From assembly GCA_000934665.2 (NCBI GenBank), contig JYFJ02003857.1, forward strand, positions 1 to 36,862: DNA of 36,862 nt, given 5' to 3'. Positions 36,002-36,862 of this stretch are shown here, in pieces. This DNA is from Catajapyx aquilonaris (taxonomy: Eukaryota). A program made the position numbers and the translations under genes. Positions within the stretch are counted from its first letter, which is position 1. Every line of letters begins with the position of its first letter. The notes under the pieces were generated by a model. The model saw only the letters and a program-made list of their open reading frames with translations. It was not told the origin of the DNA and did not search any database.

Positions 36002-36519
36002 CATAGTATTACCTGCTCCCTCCCTGGACAGGTCACTTCCCTGTCTCAACACAAGAGTAGTTTGCGGGCTATCGTCCTATCCGATCCCCACCCACCCACC
36101 CACCCCTTCCGGTGGCAAGTAGCAGCAGACGAGAGACCCAGACTTGTCTATTTTAGTCATCATGTCCGGCCCTGTGGCAGTGTGAAGGGGGTCACTCGGG
36201 GAACAGAGGATGGGGGGAACCCAACAGGGCTGGGTGTTCGCTCGCTTCCACCCTCCTTTCCCACCAGTTGGCAACTCCCCCCCCCCTCCCCCCCCCACAC
36301 ACACATGCGTGACATCTTATCTGTCCAGTTGATAGAAAGACTGCTGCATTGTCAAGCGTATATTATGTACGTGAAGTTTACTCACACTTTGCTATACAGT
36401 GCCTTGACCCATCCGACGATCATGTACTGTACCACGAGGGTGACCTCCGGGACAGGGGGTCAGGGGGAGAGAGAAATACCCAGCACAAATAATATGGCAG
36501 CACCGAACCATATACATAT

Positions 36520-36688
36520 CAGGGGTTCTTAACCTTTTCGGGCCTCCGCACCCCTTTGAAGACAGTTGGTCCTTGTCGTACCGCATATAGATATACCATG
36601 GGTGATTGATTAAGTTCATAGTTAGACTAAGTCCAGGGATGCACCTTGCTCGCACCCCCAGGGGGTGTCCCCAGGTTTAGAACCGCTG
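36520..36688. mobile_element. hAT-Charlie-like MITE
   Basis: CAGGGGTTCTTAACC ... GGTTTAGAACCGCTG with a degenerate 8-bp TSD ATACATAT / ATCTATAT. Confidence 0.78.
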
Positions 36689-36862
36689 ATCTATATATAC
36701 AGATTGCCATGTTCAGACCAGTCTGTGCTGGGGAGGACTGGGGAATAATTGATCATCGAATCCTGTAATGGGGAACTAGCCTTGGTCTGGGATTTGGGAT
36801 TTTTGTTCATAACTAGCTAGCCCATGCCTGTAAACATACATTCCATCACTCTGTTGCATCAA

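Overview
Eukaryotic, most likely arthropod, genomic DNA. The only supported protein-coding gene is a minus-strand, three-coding-exon TspanC8 tetraspanin (Tsp86D/Tsp3A/TSPAN33-like; CDS 20173-19796, 16174-15794, 7938-7558; 379 aa) with a ~97-aa Pro/His-rich N-terminal extension. Its introns and flanks hold about 20 non-autonomous DNA transposons (Tc1/mariner-pogo, piggyBac-like, hAT, PIF/Harbinger), two tRNA-derived SINEs and a Tigger-like transposase remnant. Several are nested up to three levels deep, and most of intron 2 lies within fold-back structures. The 16 kb upstream is CpG-richer, with G/C tracts and scattered MITEs. No wholly new system can be demonstrated from sequence alone. The best leads are the nested fold-back, an inverted-duplication scar inside it, and a symmetric stop-free exon bracketed by inverted repeats (circRNA candidate). 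All alignments and coordinates were made by eye.
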